Source: an uncultured Clostridia bacterium (lineage in GTDB: Bacteria > Bacillota > Clostridia > Christensenellales > Aristaeellaceae). From it: a stretch of DNA of 64,000 nt. A program made the position numbers and the translations under genes. The stretch is from assembly GCA_947631405.1 (NCBI GenBank), contig CANRLC010000004.1:21635-85634 (forward strand). The letters are read 5' to 3'. Below the pieces are notes generated by a model that saw nothing but the letters and a program-made list of their open reading frames with translations, was not told the DNA's origin and ran no database searches. Positions 9,542 through 18,971 of the stretch are shown in pieces (within the stretch, counting starts at the first letter, position 1; every line of letters begins with the position of its first letter).

Positions 9542-10795
9542 TCATGCGCTGGCGGGCAGGCGGCGCACCAGACCGCCGACGGCGGACAGCTTTTCCTCGA
9601 TGTGGCAGTAGCCCCGGTCGATGTGCCCGCATTCGTCGTCCACGAGCGTCTCGCCCTCGGCGCACAGCCCCGCGAGGATGAGCGCCGCGCCTGCGCGCAG
9701 GTCGGTCGCGCGCACCGCCGCCCCGGTCAGGTACGGCGTGCCCTCGACCACCGCCACGCGGTTTTCCACCCGGATGTGCGCGCCCAGCCGCGTCAGCTCG
9801 GCGGCGTGCATGAAGCGGTTCTCGAAGATCGTCTCCAAAAAGACGCTGGTGCCGGGCGTCTTGCAGGCGACCGCCATCATCGGCGCCTGCAAATCGGTCG
9901 GGAAGCCGGGATAGACCATCGTGCGGATCTCGAACGGGTGCTTGGCGCGGCCGAAGACCATCAGCCCGCCGGGGGTGTCCTGAATATGTACGCCGGCCTC
10001 GCTGAGCTTGAAGAGCAGCGAGCGCAGGTGCTCCGAGCGCGCGCCGCGCAGCAGCAATTCGCCCCCGGTGATCGCGCAGGCGCAGGCCATCGTGCCCGCC
10101 TCGACGCGGTCGGCGATGGGCGTCCAGCTCGTGCCGTGCAGCTTTTGCACGCCCTCGATCAGGATGGTCGAAGTGCCCGCGCCGGAGATGCGCGCGCCCA
10201 TCGAGCAGAGGAACGCCGCCAGATCGACGATCTCCGGCTCCTTGGCCGCGTTCTCGATGCGCGTGGAGCCGCTGGCGAGCGTCGCCGCCATGAGCAGGTT
10301 TTCCGTCGCGCCGACGGACGGCATGTCGAGGTAGATCACCGCGCCGCGCAGCCGGCCGGAGAGCGTGACGCCGCCGTGGTCGAAGGAGACCTTCGCCCCC
10401 AGCGCGCTCATGCCCTTCAGGTGCTGATCGATGGGCCGCTGGCCGATCGCGCAGCCGCCCGGCAGCGGGATGCGCGCCTCGCCCAGCCGCGCAAGAAGCG
10501 GGCCGAGCACCAGCACCGACGCGCGCATCTTGCGCACGTCCTCCTCGTCCTGCGGGTTGCGAAAGGCGCTCGCCGTGATGACGATGGCCCCCTTTTCCCG
10601 CGCGACCCGGCAGCCGCACGCCGCCAGCAGCGACGCGAGCGTCGAGACGTCCGTCAGCTCCGGCGGATTTTCGATGCGCACGTCCTCCCGCGTGAGCAGC
10701 GCGCCGCACATGATCGGCAGCACCGCGTTCTTGGACGTGCCGATCGGTATCTCTCCCCGCAGGGGCGGGCTTTCGCGAACCGCATAGTGCGCCAT
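9542..10795 (-). CDS. murA: UDP-N-acetylglucosamine 1-carboxyvinyltransferase (paralogue 1)
   Basis: The 417-aa protein has the typical MurA pattern, including GTSKNAVLPI, LPGGCAIGQRPIDQHL and FPTDLQAPM. Confidence 0.9.
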   Translation of the reverse strand: MAHYAVRESPPLRGEIPIGTSKNAVLPIMCGALLTREDVRIENPPELTDVSTLASLLAACGCRVAREKGAIVITASAFRNPQDEEDVRKMRASVLVLGPLLARLGEARIPLPGGCAIGQRPIDQHLKGMSALGAKVSFDHGGVTLSGRLRGAVIYLDMPSVGATENLLMAATLASGSTRIENAAKEPEIVDLAAFLCSMGARISGAGTSTILIEGVQKLHGTSWTPIADRVEAGTMACACAITGGELLLRGARSEHLRSLLFKLSEAGVHIQDTPGGLMVFGRAKHPFEIRTMVYPGFPTDLQAPMMAVACKTPGTSVFLETIFENRFMHAAELTRLGAHIRVENRVAVVEGTPYLTGAAVRATDLRAGAALILAGLCAEGETLVDDECGHIDRGYCHIEEKLSAVGGLVRRLPASA

Positions 10796-11282
10796 AGAAT
10801 CCCTCCGTTACTGGGCGACGCCGCGCGCCGAAGCCGGGCGGTCGCGCCGTCCATGGCAGATTATGCCGCGGGCGGGCGATGTGTCAGCGCCGTCGCAGGT
10901 CGATTGTCTCCCGCCAAAGCGCCGCTCATGCCCGCGCAAAAAGGCTTGCCGCGCCTTGTTTTTTCTCGTTCGCTGGAAGGCGCGCCGCCGCCGGAGCTGC
11001 AAAAATCGCCGCCTTCCAAACAGACAATGCCATTGGAAATCGCAGGATTTTGCGCTTCGACGGCCTCGCTTCAGAAGCGTGCCCCGCGCACGCGCGCCGC
11101 ATCGCCGCGGACGGCCTCCTTTTTTTGCAAGGCATTTTCCCGGAAACGCTTCGTTTTCTTCGCTGCTCGGCGGGAAAAACCGTTTTCGGTTGCATTTGCG
11201 CCGAAAATGGTGTATTGTATGGAAGGGCTTGCGCGCATGCGCTGCGCGCGAACGCGATACACTTCAGGATTGGAGGCGCGCC

Positions 11283-12908
11283 ATGCGCTCACATCGGCTT
11301 CGCGCGTCCACGCTCCTCGCGTGGCTTTTGCTGCTGGCGGCCTATGCGTTCAGCGTGGGCGCGTTCGCGCTCTACGGCGCGCACAATCTCAACTTCGACA
11401 TGTCCAGCGAGATGGTGCTCGCGCAGCTGCTCAACGACGAGGGGCGGCTGCTCACCGATAGCTGGTATTATTCCACGGAGCTGCGCATCGTCAGCCCGGT
11501 GTCGCTCTACCAGCTGGGGCTGAAGCTGTTTTCCTCCTGGCATGCGGCGCGCACGTTCGCGGTCGCGCTGTCGCTCGCGGGCGTCGCGGCGGCGGTGATC
11601 TATCTCGCGCGGCGCATGGGCCTGCGCGACGCGGCCCCCTGCGCGGCGGCGGCGCTCGTGCTGCCACTGAGCGGCGATCTCGCGTTCTATGTGACCTACG
11701 GCGGGTTTTACACCGTCTACATCATGCTGACCTGCGCGCTCACCGGGATGACGCTGCGCATGGGCGACGACGACCGCGTGCGGCCCGCGCGCCTCGCCGC
11801 GATGCTCCTGCTCAGCCTCTGGGGCGGTCTGGTCGGCGTGCGCATGCTGATGCTGCTCGCCGCGCCGCTGGGCCTTTCCTGCGCGCTCGCGCTGGCCAAC
11901 CGCGCGCGCCGCTGCGAGACCCTCCGTGAGGCCGCACGCACGCCGGCGTTTCGGCGGCTGTGCGGCGTGGCGGCGATCACCGCGGCGCTCCTCATCGGCT
12001 GGCAGATCAACGCGCGGGTGCTGGGGCGCTATTTCTCCTTCCGCAATTACAGCGGCTTTGAGCTGCGCGGCTTTTCCAGCGAGGCGCTGCTGCGGCAGGT
12101 GGACGGCCTCGTCTCCTTCTTCGGGTTCAGCGGCGGCCATCCGCTGCTCTCGCTGCCGGGGCTGGCCGATATGGCGGCCGTCGCGCTGGCGATCCTGATG
12201 GCCTTTGCCGCGCGCCGCGTGATCGCCGGGCGCGTTCCCTGCGGGGACGGCGCGAGGCTCGTGGCGCTCTACGCCGCCTGCGGCGTCCCGCTGGGCATGC
12301 TCCTCAGCGGCCTGATCTCCGGCGGCGCGTGGTACTACATCGGGGCCATCGTGATGCTGGTGCTCACGCTCTTCCTGTTTTTGGAAAAGCTGCCGTGCCG
12401 CCTTCCCGCGCTGCGCGCGGCGCTGCTGCTGGGCGCGACGCTGATCTTCCTGCTGGAGGCGCGCGCGACCGTCTCGACGACGATGCGCGCCAGCAGGGCC
12501 AACTACGAGGAGGCCGCCGACTACCTGGTCGAGCACGGCTACACGCTCGGCTTCGCCACGCTCCCCAACGGCAGCACGCTCACCGAGGCCAGCGACGGCA
12601 AGCTCGAAGTGGTCACCTACGGCGGCTGGTCCGCGGGCGAGCCGTATGACTGGCTGCAAAAGAAATCCCACTTCGGCGAGCTTCCGCCGGGGAAGGTCTT
12701 CGTCTTCATCGAGGCGGCGGAGCCGCTGGAGTACCCGCCTCCCGTCGCCCTGCCCGATCATCTGGAGGCGGTGCTGACGGGCGGAACCATCTACGCCTAT
12801 GACAGCGCCGAGGAGGTCGTCGCGCTGATGCGCGAAAACCGCGCGAAGCTCGAGGCCGAGCGCGCCGCGCAGGCGGCCCAAAATAACGACGCGTCTTCTC
12901 TACCGTAA
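11283..12908 (+). CDS. Large polytopic membrane protein, function unassigned
   Basis: ORF 10863..12908 becomes hydrophobic and membrane-like only from MRSHRLRASTLLAWLLLLAAYAF (ATG 11283). There are many predicted TM segments and then a soluble C-terminal domain. Confidence 0.6.
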   Translation: MRSHRLRASTLLAWLLLLAAYAFSVGAFALYGAHNLNFDMSSEMVLAQLLNDEGRLLTDSWYYSTELRIVSPVSLYQLGLKLFSSWHAARTFAVALSLAGVAAAVIYLARRMGLRDAAPCAAAALVLPLSGDLAFYVTYGGFYTVYIMLTCALTGMTLRMGDDDRVRPARLAAMLLLSLWGGLVGVRMLMLLAAPLGLSCALALANRARRCETLREAARTPAFRRLCGVAAITAALLIGWQINARVLGRYFSFRNYSGFELRGFSSEALLRQVDGLVSFFGFSGGHPLLSLPGLADMAAVALAILMAFAARRVIAGRVPCGDGARLVALYAACGVPLGMLLSGLISGGAWYYIGAIVMLVLTLFLFLEKLPCRLPALRAALLLGATLIFLLEARATVSTTMRASRANYEEAADYLVEHGYTLGFATLPNGSTLTEASDGKLEVVTYGGWSAGEPYDWLQKKSHFGELPPGKVFVFIEAAEPLEYPPPVALPDHLEAVLTGGTIYAYDSAEEVVALMRENRAKLEAERAAQAAQNNDASSLP

Positions 12909-12922
12909 AGGAGGTCTATTCT

Positions 12923-14809
12923 ATGTGTGGCATCGTAGGCTATGTGGGCGTCAAACAGGCCGCGCCGATCCTGCTGGACGGCCTGCAAAAGCTGGAATAC
13001 CGCGGCTATGACTCCGCGGGTATCGCCGTGCGCGACGCGCAGGCGGAGCACATCGAGGTGGTCAAGGCGAAGGGCCGCCTCAAAAACCTGATGGACATGA
13101 CCGACGCCGGCCGCGCCGTGCGCGGCAGCTGCGGCATCGGCCACACGCGCTGGGCGACGCACGGCGAGCCGAGCACGCTCAACGCGCACCCGCACTACTC
13201 GCGCGAAAAGCGCGTGGTCGTCGTCCACAACGGCATCATCGAAAACTATCAGGAGCTGCGCGCCAAGCTGACGCGCAAGGGCTACGCCTTTGAGACGCAG
13301 ACGGACACCGAGACCGTCGCGCTGCTGCTGGATTGCTACTACGCCGAGGCGGCGGAAAAGGGCCTCTCCCCGCGCGAGCGGGCGCTGTTCGCCATCCGCA
13401 ACATGATGATCCGGGTGCGCGGCAGCTATGCGCTGGGCATCCTCTTCGGTGACCAGCCGGGCGCGCTCTACGCCGCGCGCAAGGATAGCCCGCTGATCGT
13501 GGGCCGCTGCGACGGCGAGCTGCGCGGGCACATGATCGCCTCGGACGTGCCGGCGGTGCTCAACTACACGCGCAGCGTCGTCTACATCGACAATCTGGAG
13601 ATCGCGTGCCTGACGCAGGACGAGCTGCGCCTGTATAACGTGGACTGCGAGGAGATCGAAAAGCCCTTCACCGAGATCAAGTGGGACGCCGCCGCCGCCG
13701 AGAAGGGCGGCTACGAGCACTTCATGATGAAGGAGATCAGCGAGCAGCCGCGCGCCGTGCGCGACACGCTCTCCCCGCGCATCCATGAGGAGGAGGACGG
13801 CAGCCGCTCCGTCGATCTCTCCGAGCTGGGGCTGACCGACGACGACCTGCGCGCCGTCTCGCGCGTGACGCTGATCGGCTGCGGCTCCGCCTACCACGTC
13901 GGCGTGGTGGGCCGCGCCGTGATCGAGCGGCTCTCCCGCGTGCCGTGCGAGGTCGATCTCGCCAGCGAATTCCGCTACCGCGACCCGATGCTCGAAGAGA
14001 ACGCGCTGGTGATCGTCATCAGCCAGTCCGGCGAGACGGCGGACAGCCTCGCCGCGCTGCGCCTGTGCAAGGAGCGCGGCGTGCGCACGCTGGCGATCGT
14101 CAACGTCGTCGGCTCGTCCATCGCGCGCGAGGCGGACGCCACGCTCTACACCTGGGCCGGGCCGGAGATCTCCGTCGCCACGACCAAGGCGTATTCCACG
14201 CAGCTCGCCGCGCTCTATCTGCTGGCGGTCAAGCTCTCCTCCGTGCGCGGGACGCTCGACGCCGCGCGCGAGCAGCAGCTCCTCGCCGATATGCTCGCCC
14301 TGCCCGACCAGATCGAGCAGATTCTGGCGGACAAGGAGCGCGTGCAGTGGTTCGCCAACAAGATGAGCGCCTGCCGCGACGTGTTCTTCATCGGCCGCGG
14401 GCTGGATTACGCGATCAGCCTGGAGGGCAGCCTCAAGCTCAAGGAGATCAGCTACATCCACTCGGAGGCCTACGCCGCGGGCGAGCTCAAGCACGGCACG
14501 ATCAGCCTGATCGAGGACGGCGTGCTGGTCGTCGCGCTGGCGACGCAGCCGGATCTCTTTGAAAAGGTCGTCTCCAACATGGTCGAGGTGCGCAGCCGCG
14601 GCGCGTATCTCTTCGGCCTGACCCTCTGCGGCCAGTACGCCATCGAGGACGCGGCGAACTTCACCGTCTACGTCCCGCGCACCGACCCGCTCTTCGCCAC
14701 GTCGCTGGCGGTGATCCCGCTCCAGCTGCTCGCCTACTACATCAGCTGCGCGCGCGGGCTGGACGTGGACAAGCCGCGCAACCTCGCCAAGAGCGTCACG
14801 GTCGAGTGA
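12923..14809 (+). CDS. glmS: Glutamine--fructose-6-phosphate aminotransferase
   Basis: The protein has the MCGIVGYVG N-terminal nucleophile, two SIS domains and the C-terminal ...KPRNLAKSVTVE. Confidence 0.95.
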   Translation: MCGIVGYVGVKQAAPILLDGLQKLEYRGYDSAGIAVRDAQAEHIEVVKAKGRLKNLMDMTDAGRAVRGSCGIGHTRWATHGEPSTLNAHPHYSREKRVVVVHNGIIENYQELRAKLTRKGYAFETQTDTETVALLLDCYYAEAAEKGLSPRERALFAIRNMMIRVRGSYALGILFGDQPGALYAARKDSPLIVGRCDGELRGHMIASDVPAVLNYTRSVVYIDNLEIACLTQDELRLYNVDCEEIEKPFTEIKWDAAAAEKGGYEHFMMKEISEQPRAVRDTLSPRIHEEEDGSRSVDLSELGLTDDDLRAVSRVTLIGCGSAYHVGVVGRAVIERLSRVPCEVDLASEFRYRDPMLEENALVIVISQSGETADSLAALRLCKERGVRTLAIVNVVGSSIAREADATLYTWAGPEISVATTKAYSTQLAALYLLAVKLSSVRGTLDAAREQQLLADMLALPDQIEQILADKERVQWFANKMSACRDVFFIGRGLDYAISLEGSLKLKEISYIHSEAYAAGELKHGTISLIEDGVLVVALATQPDLFEKVVSNMVEVRSRGAYLFGLTLCGQYAIEDAANFTVYVPRTDPLFATSLAVIPLQLLAYYISCARGLDVDKPRNLAKSVTVE

Positions 14810-14922
14810 CGGGTTTTTGAAGAAATCGCTACGTTTTTTCGGCGCAAAGTCTCAAAAACGGGCGAAAACGCGAGAAAACGCGAGGTTGCTCCTTAAATCC
14901 CGAAAAAACTCAAAAAAACGGC

Positions 14923-14951
14923 TTGACAGATCGCATGCTCCGGTGTAGAAT
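14923..14951 (+). promoter_or_regulatory. Sigma-A type promoter for rpmG-secE-nusG
   Basis: TTGACA (14923-14928), a 17-nt spacer and TAGAAT (14946-14951) lie about 55 nt upstream of rpmG. Confidence 0.55.
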
Positions 14952-15005
14952 AAACGAGCATGTTTGGCGGGCCTTGTTTCCCGCCGCGAAGAAGGAGGTG
15001 CCTGT

Positions 15006-15170
15006 ATGGCTGCTGCCGGTGTTCGCGTGAAGATCACGCTGGCCTGCACGGAGTGCAAGCAACGCAATTACAACACGATGAAGAATAAGCGCAATACCCC
15101 GGATCGTATCGAAATGAGCAAATACTGCCGTTTCTGCAAGAAGCATACGGTTCATCGGGAGACCCGCTAA
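15006..15170 (+). CDS. rpmG: 50S ribosomal protein L33
   Basis: The translation reads [54 protein letters not shown]. The start was moved to the internal ATG at 15006. Confidence 0.9.
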   Translation: MAAAGVRVKITLACTECKQRNYNTMKNKRNTPDRIEMSKYCRFCKKHTVHRETR

Positions 15171-15205
15171 GGCGCGCGCGACAACGCATGAAGGAAGTGA
15201 AAGAG

Positions 15206-15469
15206 ATGTCTGAAAACAAGGTCGCCAAAAAGGCGGACAAGCCCGGCTTCTTCACCCGCGCGAAGAATTGGATCGTCGCGCTCCCCGGGCGCATCGTCGC
15301 CGCCTTCAAGAACATGAGGGCCGAGCTGCGCAACGTCGCTTGGCCGTCCCGCAAGGATCTCATCAACTACTCGCTCGTCGTCATCGCCTTTGTCGTGGTG
15401 CTGGCGGTCGTCATCGGCCTGCTGGATACCGGCTCTTCTTTCGTGGTCAAGAACCTGATCGAGCTGTAA
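15206..15469 (+). CDS. secE: Preprotein translocase subunit SecE
   Basis: This small protein has a basic N-terminus, WPSRKDL, and a single C-terminal TM helix. It occupies the conserved position between rpmG and nusG. The ATG at 15206 follows AAGGAAG; the alternative ATG at 15188 has no RBS. Confidence 0.8.
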   Translation: MSENKVAKKADKPGFFTRAKNWIVALPGRIVAAFKNMRAELRNVAWPSRKDLINYSLVVIAFVVVLAVVIGLLDTGSSFVVKNLIEL

Positions 15470-15496
15470 CGGTTCGCGATCGAAAGGAGGTTTTTC

Positions 15497-16018
15497 ATGC
15501 CGGACGAGAAAGCCCTGTGGTACGTCGTCCACACCTATTCGGGCTATGAGAACAAGGTCGCCAACGACCTCGTCAAGACCGTCGAAAACAACGGCATGGG
15601 CGCCCTCATTCAGGACGTCAAGGTGCCGATCGAGGAAGTCGTCGAGATCCGCAACGGAAAGCCTCACACCATCCAGCACAAGCTCTTCCCCGGCTACGTT
15701 CTGGTCAAGATGATCAAGACCACCGAGACGTGGTACGTCGTGCGCAACACGCGCGGCGTGACGGGCTTCGTGGGGCCGGGGTCGGAGCCGATCCCGCTGA
15801 CGGACGAGGAATTTGACCGGATGACGAGCATCCAGGGCACCATCCGCATCGATCTGCAGCCCGGAGATTCCGTGCGCATCAAGACCGGCAGCGTCGAGAA
15901 CGCCATCGGCACGGTCGAGGAGATCAACGCGGAGGAGCACAAGGTCAAGGTCTCCATCGAGATCCTCTCGCGCAAGACCACCGTGGAGTACGACATCTCC
16001 GAGGTGGAGCGCCTGTAA
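15497..16018 (+). CDS. nusG: Transcription termination/antitermination factor NusG
   Basis: The translation reads WYVVHTYSGYENKV..., has a KOW region (GDSVRIKTGSVENAIGTVEEI), and sits in the conserved context. Confidence 0.92.
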   Translation: MPDEKALWYVVHTYSGYENKVANDLVKTVENNGMGALIQDVKVPIEEVVEIRNGKPHTIQHKLFPGYVLVKMIKTTETWYVVRNTRGVTGFVGPGSEPIPLTDEEFDRMTSIQGTIRIDLQPGDSVRIKTGSVENAIGTVEEINAEEHKVKVSIEILSRKTTVEYDISEVERL

Positions 16019-16156
16019 AACGCAACCCGCCGGGGCTTGCTCCGGTTCGTTGAAGCATCCGCCCGTCGGGCGGAGTCAGCCCGGCGCGCGCCGCGCGCCG
16101 GACGTGGGAGGAACCGCAGGTTCCGCATGACCACAGATCAAGGAGGTTACTGCACC

Positions 16157-16585
16157 ATGGCGAAAAAAGTTACTGGCATGATCAAGCTGCAAGTCGAGGC
16201 CGGCAAGGCCAACCCGGCGCCGCCCATCGGCCCGGCGCTCGGCCAGCACGGCGTGAACATCCCCGGCTTCTGCAAGGAGTTCAACGAGCGCACCAAGAAC
16301 GACATCGGCATGATCATCCCGGTCGTCATCACCGTCTATTCCGATCGTTCCTTCACCTTCATCACCAAGACCCCGCCGGTTCCGGTGCTGATCAAGAAGG
16401 CGCTGGGCATCGAGTCCGGCAGCGGCGTGCCCAACAAGACCAAGGTCGGCCAGCTCACGCAGGCGCAGGTTCGCGAGATCGCCGAGAAGAAGATGCCCGA
16501 CCTGAACGCCGGCAGCATCGAGGCCGCGATGAGCATGGTCAAGGGCACCGCCCGTTCCATGGGCGTCACCGTCGCCGACGCGTAA
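16157..16585 (+). CDS. rplK: 50S ribosomal protein L11
   Basis: The translation reads [35 protein letters not shown]. The RBS AGGAGG lies upstream of the ATG at 16157. Confidence 0.93.
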   Translation: MAKKVTGMIKLQVEAGKANPAPPIGPALGQHGVNIPGFCKEFNERTKNDIGMIIPVVITVYSDRSFTFITKTPPVPVLIKKALGIESGSGVPNKTKVGQLTQAQVREIAEKKMPDLNAGSIEAAMSMVKGTARSMGVTVADA

Positions 16586-16699
16586 TCGGGGCATCACAGC
16601 GCGGCGACGCCGCGCGAGGCGGCCCGACCGCCGCATGCGCCGGGTCGGAAACCGTGGGAGGATATCAAGCCGTTTGCACCACAGGGAGGAACAAGCACT

Positions 16700-17389
16700 A
16701 TGAAGCATGGCAAGAAATATCAGGACAGCGCGAAGCTGATCGAGACCGGCAAGCTCTACGATCCGGACGAGGGCGTGAAGCTCGCCCTGCAGACCGCGAA
16801 GACCAAGTTCAACGAGACGTTTGAGATCTCCGTCCGTCTGGGCGTCGATCCCCGTCAGGCGGATCAGCAGGTTCGCGGCGCGGTCGTGCTGCCCAACGGC
16901 ACGGGCAAGACCGTCCGCGTGCTGGTGTTCGCCAAGGGCGATCAGGCCAAGGCCGCCGAGGATGCCGGCGCGGATTACGTCGGCGCCGAGGAGCTGGTGG
17001 CGAAGATTCAGGGCGAGAACTGGTTCGACTTTGACGTCGTCGTCGCAACGCCCAACATGATGGGTGTGGTCGGCCGTCTGGGCCGCGTGCTCGGCCCGAA
17101 GGGCCTCATGCCGAACCCGAAGAGCGGCACCGTGACCATGGACGTGGCGAAGGCCATCGCCGAGATCAAAGCCGGTAAGGTTGAGTACCGTCTGGACAAG
17201 AGCGCGATCATCCACTGCCCGATCGGCAAGAAGTCCTTTACGCCCGAGCAGCTCACCGAGAACCTGACCGCGCTGATGACCGCCATCGTTCGCGCGAAGC
17301 CCGCCGCCGCGAAGGGCGTCTACCTGCGCAGCGTCGTCCTTTCCTCTACGATGGGACCTGGCATCAAGCTCAACCCGCTCAAGTTCTGA
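16700..17389 (+). CDS. rplA: 50S ribosomal protein L1
   Basis: The translation reads [15 protein letters not shown]... and shows the typical L1 sequence along its full length (229 aa). Confidence 0.93.
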   Translation: MKHGKKYQDSAKLIETGKLYDPDEGVKLALQTAKTKFNETFEISVRLGVDPRQADQQVRGAVVLPNGTGKTVRVLVFAKGDQAKAAEDAGADYVGAEELVAKIQGENWFDFDVVVATPNMMGVVGRLGRVLGPKGLMPNPKSGTVTMDVAKAIAEIKAGKVEYRLDKSAIIHCPIGKKSFTPEQLTENLTALMTAIVRAKPAAAKGVYLRSVVLSSTMGPGIKLNPLKF

Positions 17390-17400
17390 TGCGGCGCATC

Positions 17401-17438
17401 GCGGCCCGCGAGGCGCAAGCCTTGCGGGCCGCTTTCTT
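17401..17438 (+). terminator. Intrinsic terminator after rplA
   Basis: The stem GCGGCCCGC (17401-17409) pairs with GCGGGCCGC (17424-17432) and is followed by TTTCTT. Confidence 0.6.
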
Positions 17439-17444
17439 CCGCGT

Positions 17445-17473
17445 TTGACATTCCGCTGCCGCCATAGTATAAT
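17445..17473 (+). promoter_or_regulatory. Consensus sigma-A promoter driving tRNA-Arg
   Basis: TTGACA (17445-17450), a 17-nt spacer and TATAAT (17468-17473) are present. The tRNA 5' end lies 12 nt downstream. Confidence 0.7.
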
Positions 17474-17484
17474 ATCTCCAGCGC

Positions 17485-17561
17485 GCGCCCGTAGCTCAGT
17501 TGGATAGAGCGTCAGACTCCGACTCTGAAGGCCGCAGGTTCGAACCCTGTCGGACGCACCA
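17485..17561 (+). tRNA. tRNA-Arg (anticodon CCG), with encoded CCA
   Basis: The cloverleaf was folded by hand. The acceptor stem is GCGCCCG/CGGACGC with one C:A mismatch at 4:69. The D arm is GCTC-AGTTGGATA-GAGC. The anticodon stem is TCAGA/TCTGA with loop CTCCGAC. The T arm is GCAGG-TTCGAAC-CCTGT, followed by ACCA. Confidence 0.85.
17516..17561 (+). repeat. att copy 1 (attL of element 1): the last 46 nt of tRNA-Arg
   Basis: ACTCCGACTCTGAAGGCCGCAGGTTCGAACCCTGTCGGACGCACCA is identical at 31069-31114. It matches 45 of 46 positions at 35299-35344. Confidence 0.85.
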
Positions 17562-17568
17562 GACAAAA

Positions 17569-17606
17569 ACCGTTGACTTGTAAGGAAAAGTCAGCGGTCT
17601 TTTTAT
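17569..17606 (+). terminator. Intrinsic terminator after tRNA-Arg
   Basis: ACCGTTGACT pairs with AGTCAGCGGT and is followed by CTTTTTATT. Related versions follow att copies 2 and 3. Confidence 0.65.
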
Positions 17607-17655
17607 TATGTTTTATGAACTGTTCCGGCGCTTTGGTACACCATTTGGTACACCA

Positions 17656-18837
17656 TCAGCCGTTTTTGGTCTGCTTCCCGTACATGAATTGGCTCATGGC
17701 GTCCGACAAGCCCGCGTCCTTTTCTTCGTATGCGTGGGCGTAGATGTCAAGCGTCGTCGAGATTCGGCTGTGTCCCAGGCGGCGGCTTATGGAAGCAATG
17801 TCCGCCGACCCGCTCACGAGCAAAGACGCGCCCGTGTGCCGCAGGCCGTGAAGATTTAAGGGCGGCAGACCGTGCTTTTTCTGGAAGAGCGGGAACCACT
17901 TCGTTGGAGACTGAACGAACATCCGCGAGCCGTCGTCCTGTGTGAAAACGGCGTCTTCGTCCTTCCAATTCGGCCCACAAACAAGGCGTATACGATTTTG
18001 TTCCCGCTTCCACTCTTTGAGCGCGTCGAGCGTTTTGTCGCTAATGTGAATTATACGCTTCCCGCTTTCGGTCTTTGGGCTTTTGAGATATTGTCCGACG
18101 CCTTTTGAATAGGCACAAGAGCGCTTGACGGAGACGGTTTGCTTTGTCATGTCGATGTCCGCCCAATTCAGGCCGATACACTCGCCACGGCGCATTTGTG
18201 AATCGAGCGCGAGCAGGCCGTATGCTTTCCACTTGGCCGGGGCGTCCTCCAGCGCTTCCACGAGCCGCGCAACATCGTTTTCACTATACACGGGGCGCTC
18301 AGCCGTGTCCTTCCTTGGCGGGATGATGTTATCTGCCGGGTTTATCATGATTAGCTGTTCTCGCTGCGCCGTTTTCAAAATCAGATGAAGCAGCGTGTAG
18401 AATTTCAGCGAATATGTGCCGCTCAGGTTCTCCTTTTCAAGCCCTGCAAAGAAGCTGTTTAGGGTCTTCGGGTCGATGTCGCGCAGCTTCAGCTTTCCCA
18501 GCCGTGGAACAATTCGTGTGTCTAAAAGGTTTTGATATTCGGAGATTGTGCCCTTTGCAAGCCCTTTTCGCTTGCAATATGTGACCATCCATTGCTCCGC
18601 ATATGCCTTTAACGTTATCGCCTTTTGTGGGCTGATCTTCTGATCCTCCAGCTCTATCCGAAAGCGTTCCGTTGCCTTGCGAGCCTCCGCGCGCTGGGCG
18701 CTTTCACTCTTGCGCGGGTCAAGGTGGAGTGTGCGGGATGGCATGATTTTCCGGCCCGCTCCGTCATAACCGCAACTGACGCGGATGAGCCACGTTCCGC
18801 CGCCTTTGTTGATCGGCTCAATCCCTTTTCCTTTCAT
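17656..18837 (-). CDS. int: Tyrosine recombinase / phage integrase (element 1)
   Basis: The C-terminal catalytic region reads HGLRHTGASLL...LGHSRISTTLDIYAH (R..H..R..Y signature). The start was placed at the ATG at 18837, preceded by AGGGGG. The gene is adjacent to attL. Confidence 0.9.
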   Translation of the reverse strand: MKGKGIEPINKGGGTWLIRVSCGYDGAGRKIMPSRTLHLDPRKSESAQRAEARKATERFRIELEDQKISPQKAITLKAYAEQWMVTYCKRKGLAKGTISEYQNLLDTRIVPRLGKLKLRDIDPKTLNSFFAGLEKENLSGTYSLKFYTLLHLILKTAQREQLIMINPADNIIPPRKDTAERPVYSENDVARLVEALEDAPAKWKAYGLLALDSQMRRGECIGLNWADIDMTKQTVSVKRSCAYSKGVGQYLKSPKTESGKRIIHISDKTLDALKEWKREQNRIRLVCGPNWKDEDAVFTQDDGSRMFVQSPTKWFPLFQKKHGLPPLNLHGLRHTGASLLVSGSADIASISRRLGHSRISTTLDIYAHAYEEKDAGLSDAMSQFMYGKQTKNG

Positions 18838-18971
18838 ATATAGCCCCCTATCCCCCCTAAAAAATGTCACTTTGTCACTTGGGCGAAAAAATCCTTATGC
18901 CGTCTAGCTTTTTTGCGTGACAAAACCCGTTTTAGATTTGTCATAGCTTGTCACCAACGGGCGAAATTTTG

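Noticed and set aside
9542-10795. Two murA genes (9542-10795 and 56167-57438) as a recent duplication or assembly artefact
   Set aside because: The two proteins are clearly diverged along their whole length. Paired MurAA/MurAB-type paralogues are the norm in Firmicutes.
12909-12922. glmS ribozyme upstream of glmS, as expected in many Firmicutes
   Set aside because: Only 14 nt separate the upstream membrane-protein stop from the glmS start, and no ribozyme-like sequence lies in the preceding coding region. glmS here appears to be co-transcribed without the ribozyme.
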